A stretch of 63,188 bases of DNA, filler included, from Neolecta irregularis DAH-3 (Eukaryota): assembly GCA_001929475.1 (NCBI GenBank). It is 10 parts of 10 records of this genome, joined end to end, with 100 filler letters (N's around TTAATTAATTAA, not from the genome) between each part and the next. Parts side by side here need not be neighbours in the genome. Positions count along the whole stretch, not along the records: positions 37,068 to 38,116 come from LXFE01002407.1; positions 38,217 to 59,294 come from LXFE01000165.1; 8 more parts are not named here. One strand, 5' to 3'. The notes below the pieces were generated by a model. The model saw nothing but the letters and a program-made list of their open reading frames with translations, searched no databases and was not told the origin of the DNA. Below, piece by piece: positions 37,858-50,600 of this stretch. Position 1 is the first letter of the stretch. Every line of letters starts with the position of its first letter. A program made the translations under genes and the position numbers.

Positions 37858-38216
37858 TTGCTTTCAAATCTTTAAAGTAAATGATGGGAAGCGGCTGGAA
37901 TGCCGTAGTATACTTATTCAGGTGGTGGCTTCATACTTGGGAATGTCCATTTTCAGTCAAAATCAACAGACCTCATTGACAAGATTGATATGATCGCGGT
38001 GTGATAGATAGAACCCTACAGTACAAGAATACAGGAATAGTGAATGAGCGGTGTAAGCTTTGATGCTCCGGAGTACAAATAAGACCAGGTTTATAGTACT
38101 AGCCTAAGTGTTGTATNNNNNNNNNNNNNNNNNNNNNNNNNNNNNNNNNNNNNNNNNNNNTTAATTAATTAANNNNNNNNNNNNNNNNNNNNNNNNNNNN
38201 NNNNNNNNNNNNNNNN

Positions 38217-38370
38217 AAGCTTATATTTTTACATTCTTTTATTCAGTGATGGAGGTCGCTAGGTAAGTTCTAGGTTTGGAAGTTTATATTTTCACATTCT
38301 TTTATTCAGAGTGATGGAGATCGCTATATAAGTTCCGGGGGCTGGAAGTTTATATTTCTGCATTTCTTGT
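38217..38370. repeat. ~64-bp tandem repeat, ~2.5 copies, next to a gap
   Basis: Unit aagtttatattttcacattcttttattcagtgatggag.tcgcta...aagttc is repeated. Confidence 0.8.
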
Positions 38371-38964
38371 TACTTCTGCCGCTATTTAGCTAGGGTTGTT
38401 TCCCGATAATAACTTACTTTTCTTATTACTACGAACCTCAAAAGAAAGGAGCGCTTCTTTCAGGAAATAGCGACATGGGGATGTGACACCTTGATAGCAT
38501 AGTTAGGGAATACAAGGTCTACAAAAGTCCTGGTCGAACCTCAATTCGCCGATCAATGACCAGAGGGGCTGGTTGTGAAATGGTGAAGCGTCGATATTGT
38601 AGTCTTACAAAGGGGGAAACTATATCTCGGCCGAGTCTCAATACACCAGAGCTTCGTGGAATACATAGCTCTGTGCACCCCTGTCATTTGGGACTTGTTG
38701 CATGATGTGACACAGGAGGGTCGAAAAGTTCTTGTCTAGTGTGGTCGAAGAATTTACGAGCACGACGAACAGGCCTCTACTTTACGCTGATCAATAAGCG
38801 CCAGTGCTCGAAAAGGGCAGTTTGAAATCGTTTCGGAGCGAGAAAACCCGATGCCGAGAGAGAACGCTGTTGACTGGAAAATTATAAAAGCCGACGTTCA
38901 AGGTCGTAGGAAGTGCAGGGCTTTCATATCCTAGATTTGTCCAGTCTTCGTCCTAGTTTACAGT

Positions 38965-39547
38965 ATGAGCCGTGCTAGCGAATTCCTTCGCATTGTATTC
39001 TTTCTTGCCATTGGCGTCATGCAGATTTCTGGTTTGCCCGTTTCTTTGGATTGTCGCTGATTGGTAGGTTTGCCGGTTCCTGGTAGCTTTTGTCGATCTG
39101 CGGGCCTGACAAATAGGTTATGGTTATGGAGGCGATCTGTCCCCATATCCGCCGCCAGACCAGTGTTATGGGCCTTCGTGCTATCAACCGTCTCCAATGT
39201 TCGGCTTTGACGGGATTGATCTGTCCCCTGGCAGAAGTAGGGCCACAGCCGACGTCATCTCGGAGGGGGGCCAGGTAGGTGGGTTCACAAAAGGCAGCAG
39301 CTACGGCGACGGTCCCTTTCGACCACAGGGTGAATATGGTGACGCTGGATTTGAATATGCGGGCCCTGAAGGTCAGACGGGCTACAGTGAAACAGAAGGG
39401 CAAGCTCAAGGCAATGCCTCCCTCAAAGGAGGGGCTATTGTCAGCGATAACGGCAATGGCGGCGTCTCTGTTGGTGCGAATATGTCTGGAGAAGCGATAG
39501 GCAACGGCAGTTTCGACGGGAATGCTGAAGCCGGCTATTATGAGTAG
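38965..39547 (+). CDS. Putative secreted Gly/Tyr/acidic-rich protein with a 15-nt micro-exon
   Basis: TATAAAAG at ~38883; spliced frame MSRASEFLRIVFFLAIGVMQISG|LPVPG|YGYGGDLSPYPPP... joins ORF 39197-39547 in frame. Confidence 0.72.
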
Positions 39548-40647
39548 GCGACTCGATCTGGCTGGAGATGTAGCTGTGTTGTCCGCTAATAATATTCTTG
39601 CAATGTCCTTCAGTAGCTTCTGAGGTCTTGCAGATTTGTCTCGAGAAATTGCTATTTTTCATTTTGCCGTTCCTACATGCTCTGCGGTGGCAGGCGGTGT
39701 CTGGTCTCCATAGCATCCTAGTTCTTCATCTGTCCCGATCGCCTATCTGGGGGAATATCTTCATTGGGCTGAGTGGCATTTACCCTATCGCTCCAAATAT
39801 TTGGATACGACATGGGCCCCACGTGTAGAGTAGTTTGACCCATATTCTTAAAAAAGCACTCCTTTCGAACGAGATATATTCTTGGCTTTATTTATCGCCT
39901 GAATTTACCCTAGACTTGGCAATATTATACCTCATGTACATCGTTTCAAGCATCCCAGACATTGAATGGTAAGTCATTTTTTCAGTGTTACTATTCGAAA
40001 TTCAATTTCCATGAGAGGGCTAGTAAAGGGTTAAAAAGCATCATCATGGAGATGGAATGGTACCAGCTTATCCCAGTCTGTGATTAGTCATTCCTGATTA
40101 GATAGTCTTTTTCAATCCTAGCCGACAATGATAAAATAGTATCTTTTCTTTGACAATCTGTGCGATATACATGTCATAATCTACCAATCACAAACTATCG
40201 CCAGCACGGTGTAACAAGACACCTCCGTGCCACTGCCGAAATATCTGCTGATTATACTTGCAATCCACCAGACCAGGACCCGTCGTTTTCAAAAGTTCGC
40301 TGTACCGCCAGGATCGTCGCGGCTATGGCGATATGCGCTGGCGGTGGATCAAAGGTTGTTTGCGAAAGACAGTATCTCTAGCTTTCGTGTGGTTTGCTAT
40401 CTGGTAGAGGTTTGGAGTCTATGCATCAAGGCTAAATGCCTAAAGGGCTAGCGTGGGGCTGCAGGTCACTTCAACACATGTTCCACGGCCTTGGACACGC
40501 ACAACGGCGGTTTCCTGCTTTGCTGCAGCCAGCAGACTCACGTTTGCTCTCCGCCGTCGACTCCCGTCATTCCTTGCATACATTCAGCCGGCCGCTCGCA
40601 TCTCTGGCCTCCAGACACGGTTCTGGATTAAATTAGCAACAGAAGAC

Positions 40648-42919
40648 ATGCGAAGCAACGTTCCTGTCTTTCATGGCACGTCTTTGGGTGACCTGCTTGT
40701 ACAGCAGCAGCAGCATCAACACCAAAATCAACAGGAACAGCACCTTCAACATCATCATAAACACCAAAACCAACAGGAACAGCATCATCAACACCAAACC
40801 CATCTGGAACGGCATCATCAACACCAACAGCGTCTCCCAGCAGTACTGCGGCCCTGCCTGCAGCCGGACCAGCATCCAGGCCATGCACCACTCCAGACCT
40901 TGACGTTACCTGTCCTCACGCATCCCGTCACTCGGCTCCGCTGCACAGACTCACGTACAATGAGCATCCTTTTGCCCGTCGAAACCCTCCTCGAGCTCGA
41001 CCTCTCTCACTCAGACTGGCTTGTCGATATTCCCTTCCAAGTCCTTTCTTGCCTTAGTTTGACCAGATTGAACATCAGCGGCTGCCCTTTGCGTGATGGA
41101 GTGATACCTGGAGACCTCTCTTGTTTCCGGGAGCTGTTGATACTCGAAGCAAATGACTGTACAGTCTCACGAATTGGTACGTCAAATCATATCTGCCAGC
41201 TTGTTGATGCTCCGGGAAGATGAGAGAATCTCGACCTTGCCCCGCTTACAACACTTTTCTCTCCAAGACAACTATTTTCAGGAAATCCCACCACATCTCG
41301 TCCGTCTCGCTGCTTCTTTGCGTATTCTCGACTTGCGAGGGAACCCCTATGTCGATCCTCAATACTCACCATCATTTGCGGTGCCCATTCCATACGATTG
41401 TTCATCCACGAGCCTGAATAGCAAGCAGTCTCGCTTTGGCTTGCGCAAAATGAAAAGTACGAATACTCTTAAAGATGTTCAAATGATTGAGCCCTCGACT
41501 TCAGTTCCGAAATGGTACAAGGGTGGCAGTCTGCGCTCTCGCTCGAATACATTCCTGAAACCAGTCAGCGCAGTCGATGTCGCAAATGCATCAGCTTGGC
41601 CCGTTGGCCCTCTTCCCGTTGCAATGGAAGAAAGTCGAGCGTCTACAAGAACGAGCAGCACTAGTGGAATATCCACGACAACAGTCGCGACAAGTGTATA
41701 TGAGCGAGAACTCGATTTAGAAGAGACTACACGCACAATGATGTCGAAGTTGCGCGATATATATGAAATAAACCAAGGGAAAGTGTTGAGTGACCCTGTC
41801 TCGGAGATCCGCCCTCCAGAAAAGCAGGAGGATCCTCCGTTTCAAGAAGATGCAGTACGAGCCAAGCGTATTATCCAAGAAATCATTGAAACAGAACAAA
41901 CTTATGTCCAACAACTTGAAGAGCTTGCTGAGGTGCTCCCGTCTGACGGTGCGTATTTTAACGAGAACAGATATACATCGAGCCAGTCAATCTACCATTC
42001 TATCCTCTTCCCTCTGAACGCAAGATAGTATTCTCCCATATCCTCACACTCCTCCGCTTTCATAGAAACTATTTCTTCCCAGCCCTTGAATGGGCTTATT
42101 CAAATACACATATAACCGTTGCCATCAACAAAGCATTTGAAGAACACGTCGTGTTTATGAAAATGTATGCTAGTTATGTGGATAACTTTGATAGTGCCAT
42201 GGAAATTGTGATCAAGTGGAATACAACTTGTCACAAATACCTAAAAGTAAGTTATTCTCATATATGATCTCCTTTTCTTTTTTGGCTAATCAAGAGATGA
42301 AAATCAAACACGAAAAACATTCTCAAATCGATTTATCGGCATATTTACTTCTCCCAATTCAAAGAATACCACGCTATCGTCTCTTGCTGGCCGATCTATC
42401 CCGCTGCTCAAAGTCCGCTGTAAATTCATATCAGTTAATTTCATCACTGGCTAATGAAATGAACGATCGGAAGCGAGATTCAGAAGGCAGAAAACGGTTC
42501 ATTGAAATTCAGGAGATGTTGGGAACGAATACTATCATTCTGCCTGCGAGACGGTATATTAGGGAAGGATGGTTACTTTTTAGAAGAAAAACAGAAATTT
42601 CTGGCCGTGGGGCGGAAGAAAACGTCGGTAAATGGATTTTTACTGTTTTATGTTCTGATATCCTTCTCCTGGTATATCATTTACTCTGGCATGCGACTAA
42701 CAAAAGTGTACATCAAAGCAGCCATACAATCCCAATAATAGCCGCAGCGGAAACATGACGCTGCAAATTTTCCATGTCTTTGATATCACCAAAATTTCAG
42801 GAACGAGTGATTGGTATGCCGATGATCGCTTTCGCATTGTCTGCTGGGACAAGAGTGAAGTCTGGCATTTTGAGGGGAAAAATGCGCCCGAATGGGTTAA
42901 AGGAGTTAACCAGAGATAA
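40648..42919 (+). CDS. LRR + DH(-PH) Rho guanine-nucleotide exchange factor with Q/H-rich N-terminus, multi-exon
   Basis: LRR repeats (LLELDLSHS, LTRLNISGCPL, LQHFSLQDNYFQEIP, LRILDLRGNP); DH RIIQEIIETEQTYVQQL, LSAYLLLPIQRIPRYRLLL; PH start RRYIREG. Confidence 0.85.
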
Positions 42920-43289
42920 ACCTAGTGGACAGAAGTTTAAGAAATAATGTTTCGTCTTGGTCTTTCTTTGGGTAGGGGGTTATGGGATGTTATTCTCGTT
43001 GTCTTTGTATGAAATAACTGTCTTTTTATGTTTCGTTGAACGACTGTCGTTCCCTTTTGCTTTAGATCGGTTTCTTGGTTCATTGTTTGATAATCGTTAT
43101 AGTTCACTTGCAAGACTGGGATAACTATACCCTTAATATTGAATGCATCTCTGGCTAACAACACTCACTTTTGAAGGGAAAATCAACATTGGGTTAACGT
43201 TGTTCTATGACCAAGGTTGAACAATACTGTCAAGCGTGAAACTCCACCACTTAGTTCTCAACCCCGACAATCCGATATTTGATAATTCC

Positions 43290-43973
43290 ATGTCTCATCA
43301 ACCACCACTATTTGATCTTTATATTCGTCTTCCGTTTCCTCGAAACGGCTTCCGCGATCCGTCGCCCATCACTTGGACACCACAAAAGCAAGCCTATCTA
43401 CGCACCGCCCTTCGGCAAGGTGGTCAAGTCTTGTGGGAGAGAATGTACCCTATTCTTACAACCGGACAATTGAAAATCTAGATCAGAGGAAACGGAAACT
43501 CCTATAAATTTCTTACTGTTGCAGGCTTCATGGCTTTATCATCAAGAAATGCAGAGTCTCAGAACAGAAATGGGAAAACTGCAAACGAAAAGCTCGAACT
43601 CTTTAATTGCTCAAAATACTCAAAACACAACGGATGATAAACAGGGGAAAGAGAGAGTCATTATTAAAGAACCAGAACAAGAGGACCATGACGTTGCTGC
43701 GTTTCTACCGCTACCCGCGCATCTCAAGCAATCGTCTAAAGTCTCTACTAAACAGAATTCACCAAGTAGTTCATTTTCCGATTTATCTGGTATTTATCGC
43801 AATCATTGGCACTGCTGAGAATGAAGATACCAGTGTTTCTTTTTCGGCTATGGAGGAAGCGTTGGCTGGCATGCAAAATGCTAGTCGATTGTATAGCCCT
43901 TGTTTCGGCCGGCCAGGCATGATTGACATTCAGATCTTTGTTTTCTGCAGCGAAAAGTCGGTATTTACGTTGA
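43290..43973 (+). CDS. ATG29: Autophagy protein Atg29, multi-exon
   Basis: Atg29_N-like LYIRLPFPRNGFRDPSPITW...FLLLQASWLY; C-terminal SSFSDLS|DTSVSFSAMEEAL and spliced end SRYLR*. Confidence 0.82.
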
Positions 43974-44365
43974 CGGTGTTTATAGACGACTAGGAGATAA
44001 AGTGGCGTTGGTGCTGGTTTGGATAACTGTAACGAAATTCAAAATATTTAGAGCTTATCTCTTCAATTCTGCAGTGGGAATTTACCCGGGGGTTGTAGCA
44101 CGTTTTAGTTTACATTACTTATCTATCATTTGGGGTTTTCAAGATGTTGAGTAAAGTGGAATATGGCATGGAGGTAAGTGGAAGGAAATAAGATTGCATA
44201 CATGTCTTGACGACTTGTGAAAGACGAGAAAGACAGTTGGATCCATGGGATGTATGCACAAGAACAAAAACATCGACACAAGGGTTTCAGTAGGCGAGTA
44301 TCGGTAGCAATCTATTCAACGAGTGGACACGATATTACAAAGCGCGCAGAATAACCGGGAGAGTT

Positions 44366-44681
44366 CTAAGCACTTCCTCTAACCAAGTCAGCAGCGAAAC
44401 AAAAGCAACACGTACACCAAAATATTGTTAATGGGACTAGCGGTCAGGGCTGGTCAAAAGGGGAAGAGTACATGTGAATCAATTTGACCAAGAATCCAAT
44501 GAACCCCATGATGAGGAACCCTACGCCTACTGCTGAGCAGATCTGTTTAAATTCCCGGCGGTCTGGCTTTGTACATCTGTTGAGAAACTCGCGGTCAGAA
44601 GAGTTAAAGGGTGCATAATACAGCAGAGCCGTCTTTGACAAAGGTCCTTGGGATGTCTGCGAATTCTTTGATGTTGTCCAT
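44366..44681 (-). CDS. SSS1: Sec61 translocon gamma subunit, multi-exon
   Basis: [45 protein letters not shown]. Confidence 0.93.
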
Positions 44682-44932
44682 TGCCAGGTCGCGAGACACA
44701 AGAAGACCATGGTGATGTCCACTGGACTGTATTTCCACATTTATACATGTAGCTAAACACCAAGAGGCTGTTTATATTTTCCCTCTACGGTCTATGTATA
44801 CATGTCTGGCTGCGTCAGGCCGGGCGAACATTGAGCCTGCCCACCAAACTCCGCCGTCCTCGCAACCGCCCTTTGTCGCTATCGATCCGCATCCTGCACT
44901 CTTCTGCTGGAAAAATAGACCAGCGCGGGTTT

Positions 44933-45891
44933 ATGGCGGACGACTTTGACTTTGACATCTACGGAGACGAGGGTCTTGATTCGCGGCGGGCAAGCGCAAC
45001 GCTGCTCGACCCTGAGCAGCAGCGCAACGGCATGCAAGATGCGCATATCAAACAAGAAGACGACGAAGAGTCGTTGGATGTAAAGATTGACGGCGAGATA
45101 GTGAAAACAGAAAAAGCGGCGAATACAAACGGCCACCAGCTGCTCCTGCATCCAGTCCCGCAGTTTCCGCCAATCACAAAGGGCGTCCAGCAGTTCCCGC
45201 CGCTGCAGCCAGATCCGCGTCCAGTCGATCCCCATGCGACCACTGCGCTGCTGATAAACGATCTTCAATGGGTAAACTGACCTCCAAAAAAGGGCTGACT
45301 CGGTGATAGTTTGAGAACGAGGAAGATATTCGTGCTCTGTGTTCCCATCTCGACCCCGAACTCAAGGACATCACCTTCTCTGAGCACAAGGTCAACGGAA
45401 AGTCAAAGGGCACCGTTTATATCGAATTCACGACTCCACAGGCCGCTACTGCAATGAAGTATAAAATCGACGCAAACCTACAGCAGCAGCTATCCAGATG
45501 GAACTGCATCTTCACCAATTCCTTCTCTAATCCTTTTCGAACCCTCCCCAAAGAACAGGGTCGTGCCGGCGGAAACCAACCCATGCGCGGTGTCGTCAAC
45601 CCGGCTTTTCGAGGCGGCATGAATCGTGGAGGAATGATGAGAGGGGGCATGCCTGGATTCCGCCCGCAACAGATGATCACCCAGGGTTTCCGACCTCCCA
45701 TCATGAACCCGAATTTTCGGAATAATATGAGAGGTGGGATGAACCATTTTCGGGGTGCTTTCAACCCCGCCTTCAACCCCGGATATTTTCCCAACCAGCA
45801 AATGGGTATGCCTCAACAAGGCTTCGACAATTGGGGTTATCCGCAGGGTGATATGGGGAATCCTCATGGAATGAAGAGAGCTAGGGAATAG
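44933..45891 (+). CDS. RRM protein, CFIm68/CPSF6-like cleavage factor subunit
   Basis: DFDIYGD, ALLINDLQW, DITFSEHKVNGKSKG, NPFRTLPK, RGG/Met-Asn-Gly-rich tail, NPHGMKRARE. Confidence 0.82.
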
Positions 45892-46122
45892 TTGTGTTTC
45901 CTTTTTTCAAAGAGTGGTGTTTCATTATATGGCTTTTGTATTTTCGGCTCTTTCTCGCTTATTGTCGCTCTATCTAAATTTGTCCACTTTTATGGTCTTC
46001 TCAAAATATCTATCATGTCTCATTTTAAAATTCACGGGGATAAAAGGCGTTGGTTGGGCTTCTTGTAACTTGTTCATCTTATCAGCATGTAATCCATGGA
46101 ATATATTGTATGTCTCGTTGGT

Positions 46123-47217
46123 CTATATCAATCCCTTGGAAACACAAACCTCTGCATTCAAAATCCCACTTCCCGCAGCTCCGAGTACGGTGTTATGAAT
46201 AAGAACAACCATTTTTACATCAAATATCTCGTCTTCCCGAATCCTTCCAATACTGACTGCGTATCCACCCTCTATATCTCGATCAATACGCGGTTGAGGA
46301 CGATCAACTTCTTCCCGGACGTATATGACTTGGCTAGGAGCACTTGGACACCCTAGTTCCTGTGCTTCACATCGATAGTTTGACAATGCTGCTTTGATGT
46401 CGGCGATACTAGGTGCGGGGCGTGAGCCAAACCTTAGAGACAAACAAGCGGTATGTCCATCGATAACAGGAACCCGATTACATTGCGCCGAAACCCTAAT
46501 ATCAGCACATTTGTCTGCAGTCCCTAAAATTTTATTCACTTCAACGCCGATTTTCTCTTCTTCGCCTGAGATAAATGGGATTATGTTGTCGATAACATCG
46601 ATACTGGGGACACCTGGATATCCCGCTCCACTAATCGCCTGCATGGTCACCACGCTCAGACTTTCCAGATCCCCAAATTTTAACTGGAGAGCAACAAGTG
46701 GGACGACAATACCTGCAGTGATGCAGTTTGAATTCGTCACGATGAACGATTTTCGGGGTAATGATCGGGTTTTACGTTGACAGGATAAGAGGGAAAGGTG
46801 TCGCGTATTTACAACTGGGACTAGTAATGGTACGTCTGGCTGCATTCTGTGATTTTTCGCATTTGAGAAAATTGGAATTCCCGCCTTGATGAATTCTAGT
46901 TCTGCAAGTTAGACAATCAATGAAAAGAACAAACCAATTTCGCCAGCGACATCTGCATCCAATCCACTGAATACCACAACGCAATCCTGGAAATGTTCAG
47001 ATTTGCACTCGTGGACTAGCATGGTCGAAACATGTTCCGGTATCTGCGTTGTCTGTTTCCATTTCGTCGCACTACAGTACGTGCGGCCTGCTGACCTTGG
47101 CGAGGCACCGAGCTTTGTGACATGAAAATACGGATGTGTCGATAGTAGTGTGATAAACTTTTGACCGACTGTTCCCGTTGCGCCCAGAATTCCGCATTTC
47201 TTTGGTGGTGTTGACAT
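46123..47217 (-). CDS. HOM2: Aspartate-semialdehyde dehydrogenase
   Basis: GILGATGTVGQKF, FSGLDADVAG, NSNC, TMQAISGAGYPGV, CNRVPVIDGH, HNTVLGAAGSGILNAE. Confidence 0.96.
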
Positions 47218-47490
47218 GCTCTAATGTAGAGGAGTGAAATTTGAGTGAACTCGCCAAGCAACAATACTGGAACATGCTTCAACAATAAACTACTGCTTCG
47301 ACAAAATAAAGGGGACACAAGCAAATCTAGAAATGCAAGACAACAACAGACTAATTACCAGAAAGTTTTTCCCCGTGTTCTACCCCACTTGAGAATCATA
47401 TGACCCTCGAACAAAACAAAAACTCTCCTAGAAATAGAGCTAACAACATAAAAAGACAACAGGGTGATATGGGCAGCTTAGAAATGGAAA

Positions 47491-48734
47491 TCATCGTCGA
47501 AGGCCCTCTAACCTCCCAGTTCTCCAACTTTCGTAAAGCACAGTCTTGCAATATTCAGTCATATCACTTCTCCATTCGCCAAAAATAGCTTCCCTCAACT
47601 TGACAAAGTCGCAATGCGATGAGTTCAGGACATCTGCGAATCCAAACGGATATTCTCGGCCATGTTGGAGTTCTTTCCATGCGAGGCCAGGAGCGACAGG
47701 ATATTCTGGAGAAAGTATTGACAATGGAAACTTGAATTCTTCATAATCTGAAGAGTCTTCATTGTCGAGAAAATCAAAAAGCGAGAGCGTCTTGATACTT
47801 TCCGCAATCTGGGATTTCAAGGTGCTCATTCGAGATATACTGACTGCGTCTGCTTTCGCGATGATCGGTAGAACGATGGCCCGCGATCGAAGGGTCGTAA
47901 TGATGTATTCATCGAGACTGTCAAGACCGCTGCAGACATTTGAAGGATTAGACGGATCCAAAAGATATATCACGCAGTGTATATGCGTATCTAGCTTCTG
48001 ACACCTTTCGACTTTGTTTTCCTATACACTTGGTAGCATACAGCTCACTAAAAGAAAAGTGGATATACCTCCCCAAAAGTTTGGTCAAACTTCCTTTCGA
48101 TAAAGTTTATGATTTCATCCATCTGAACTTCCACAATTCCACGTCCCCTTGCGGGCCCAAATCCACGAGAATCCCAAAGCGTGACCCCAACTCGGACTTC
48201 AGAATCAAAGTCTGTTTCAACATAAGTCCTTGTAAAACCGTCTGTAGAAGCAAGAGGGGGGATTGTGGGTTCTTTCACTTCATTGTCACCACTTGACAGT
48301 GAGTCTCCCAAAAATTTCAAAAACGAAGTTTTTCCAGACCCTCTGAAACCCACTATGAGGACGTTGAACGGGGTCGGGTCCCTCTTACGCCTAAACCGCT
48401 TCTTGGTCGCACCGGTAGGGGTCGAGCCCATCGAGGTAGTCCTAGCTGCTAGAGTTTCTGTTTCAAGCGAGTGTCCAGGAAGAGCAGAGCAAACATCAAG
48501 TGTTGCGACTTGCTCAGCCTTTGCGATTTCGGCCCAGCCAGAAGGCAAAGGAATGGAAGGCGGTGTATTTGGGATATGAATGCACTGTTCCGGTTGCTTG
48601 CTCTTTCGTTTCATCATGAAATGTGACAAGCGCTTGGTGTTGTTTTTGGCTGGGCCGCCGAAATCCCCAAATGGAATTGTGTCGTGGCGGCCGTTCGAAT
48701 TGGAAAAGGCTGCAGCAACTAATGAGGGTGGCAT
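47491..48734 (-). CDS. Non-core septin, AspE/group-5 type
   Basis: RKRDPTPFNVLIVGFRGSGKTSF, VGVTLWDSRG, DTHIHCVIYLLDP, PIIAKAD, GREYPFGFAD...HCDFVKLREAIFGEWR, YESWRT; no C-terminal coiled coil. Confidence 0.85.
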
Positions 48735-49510
48735 TGAAGAAAGGAATAGTGATAGGTAGAGTCAAGGGATGAAAATTCGGGATGTGTCCTCATTTGATTA
48801 GCCAATTTGCTGCGCTGTAAAGACTAGCTGTTTGCGGAGGATAGGAGAACCCAACATTGCGCGAGTACACGTTCTGGTCTCACGGTGTGACTAACCTCCA
48901 GCTGGATTATGACGCTGTATTGCAAGAAATATTATGTGCGACCTCGAGTTGGTCTGACAGAGTCATGTAATGGACGGTCATTAATATGTCCTGTTTGGAA
49001 ATTTAAATGATTACTGTTGCGGGGCTCAGAAACAATTCGGCTTTGACACATGACTTTCCGCGACATCAATCTGTTATTTTCATTGCATTTTAAAAGCTAT
49101 TGTCGAGGCCGTTTATTCAAGCAATGTAAATCGTGTGTCGATCTTTGGTCGGTTTGTCAAGAAAAGGTGACGAACTAGAAATACAAATCTGGTCAGCCTA
49201 ACACCTTGGCCAGATTAGTCGGATCTTGGGGATCGGCATCCTGAACTCAAAAAAGATAGATGGAAAGCTCTCTTTAGAAACAGAAGGAACTGGGTATGCT
49301 ATTTTCAAGGAATTTCGCGAGTGAACATATGTCAGTTTGAAAGACAACAAGAAATGTAACAATGACGAATGTCCGATATATCGGCGACATCTTGTCTCGG
49401 AAGTGAACACATTGAGTATATACCTAGGATTAGAGAAGACGGCAACAATATATTCTTTAGATGACGCGAGCATTCTTCAAAAACCCTGCAAAGGATAAGA
49501 AACGCTGGTC

Positions 49511-50600
49511 TCATTTCACCAAAGGTTTAGCTTCTCTGAAGGTCGGAATCCCAAGCTCCCTGAAAACTGCTTCATTGTTTGGTTCAAGGCCGAGAAAATC
49601 CTTCAAACTGTCCATTTCTCCATGGCTTTTGCCTAATTGAAGGACTTCATCTCGATACTGACCTCCAATTTTTGGATCCATTAGCTTTGACTTGAATTTA
49701 GTGTAAAACATCGGCAGGTATTTGCTGAGAGAACAGGTATCCATAGTATCCTGCCGCGCAACTCCCCATCATATGTAGTGAGCGCCTGGATCATAAGAGA
49801 CTAAATGTAAGGGTATACGCGGATAAGCTACGCTCACATATCTTAGTCCAAGCTCAAAAGCCTACAAGCTTAGATTAAGGAAATATACCCTGATCTTATT
49901 GTACTCGAGCTCCAACACTTACAGTAAACGTATGGAATGATATATTTCACTGATGAGACTTATCTCTTCGCGAAGGTTGTTGCAAATATGTTTGTCAGCG
50001 GTTTCATTTGCGGGAAGGAAACGAATCGCCATATCGAAAGAGTCAAGGAAGATTCTGATCATTAGTTATCCAACTCTGAACTTGAAATATACTGGCACAG
50101 AGTATTCAGTCCGGTATTTACAGTTCTTGAAGCAACAAGATTTTCGACTAGTTCTTCACTCATGACTTCTCCCGGCCGTTGATAAAGACTACTCAAGGTT
50201 TGTAATTCAAGCGCAATAGCAGTTTCATGGAAACGAGACTATGTGTTCCATGCCCCAATTCATGAAAGAAGGCAGTGACTTCACTATGTCTGAGGAGAGA
50301 TGGCGCTATCGATCAGCAGACATTCTGGACAGATCATGCAATTTCGAGAAATTGCAGACAAGTGCACTAATAGGACGAACTCTGTTTCCGGTTTCATCAA
50401 CATATCCTGAATTCAGGGGGAAATGATCAGCATGACCGTATTTTCCATCTCGTAGGTGAAGATCAAAGCACAACCGATCTTGGATTTTTGATTCAGATAC
50501 TATTCGAACAACTTTATATACATCTTCCTCAACAAACTTTCCACTTCGAATTCCTAATATTAGACAAGTTAATTTGAAGAGAATTTATTACCTCGGTGTT
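49511..50600 (-). pseudogene. Peptidase M3 (thimet oligopeptidase/Prd1-like) pseudogene fragment
   Basis: FDLHLRDGKYGHA, ALVCNFSK, FFHELGHGTH (HExxH), C-terminal GGQYRDEVLQLG...LKDFLGLEPNNEA; frames broken and no N-terminal half found. Confidence 0.75.

Noticed and set aside
38217-38370. Repeat-spacer-like pattern resembling a CRISPR array
   Set aside because: Plain ~64-bp tandem repeat with similar intervening sequence, in a eukaryote, with no cas genes
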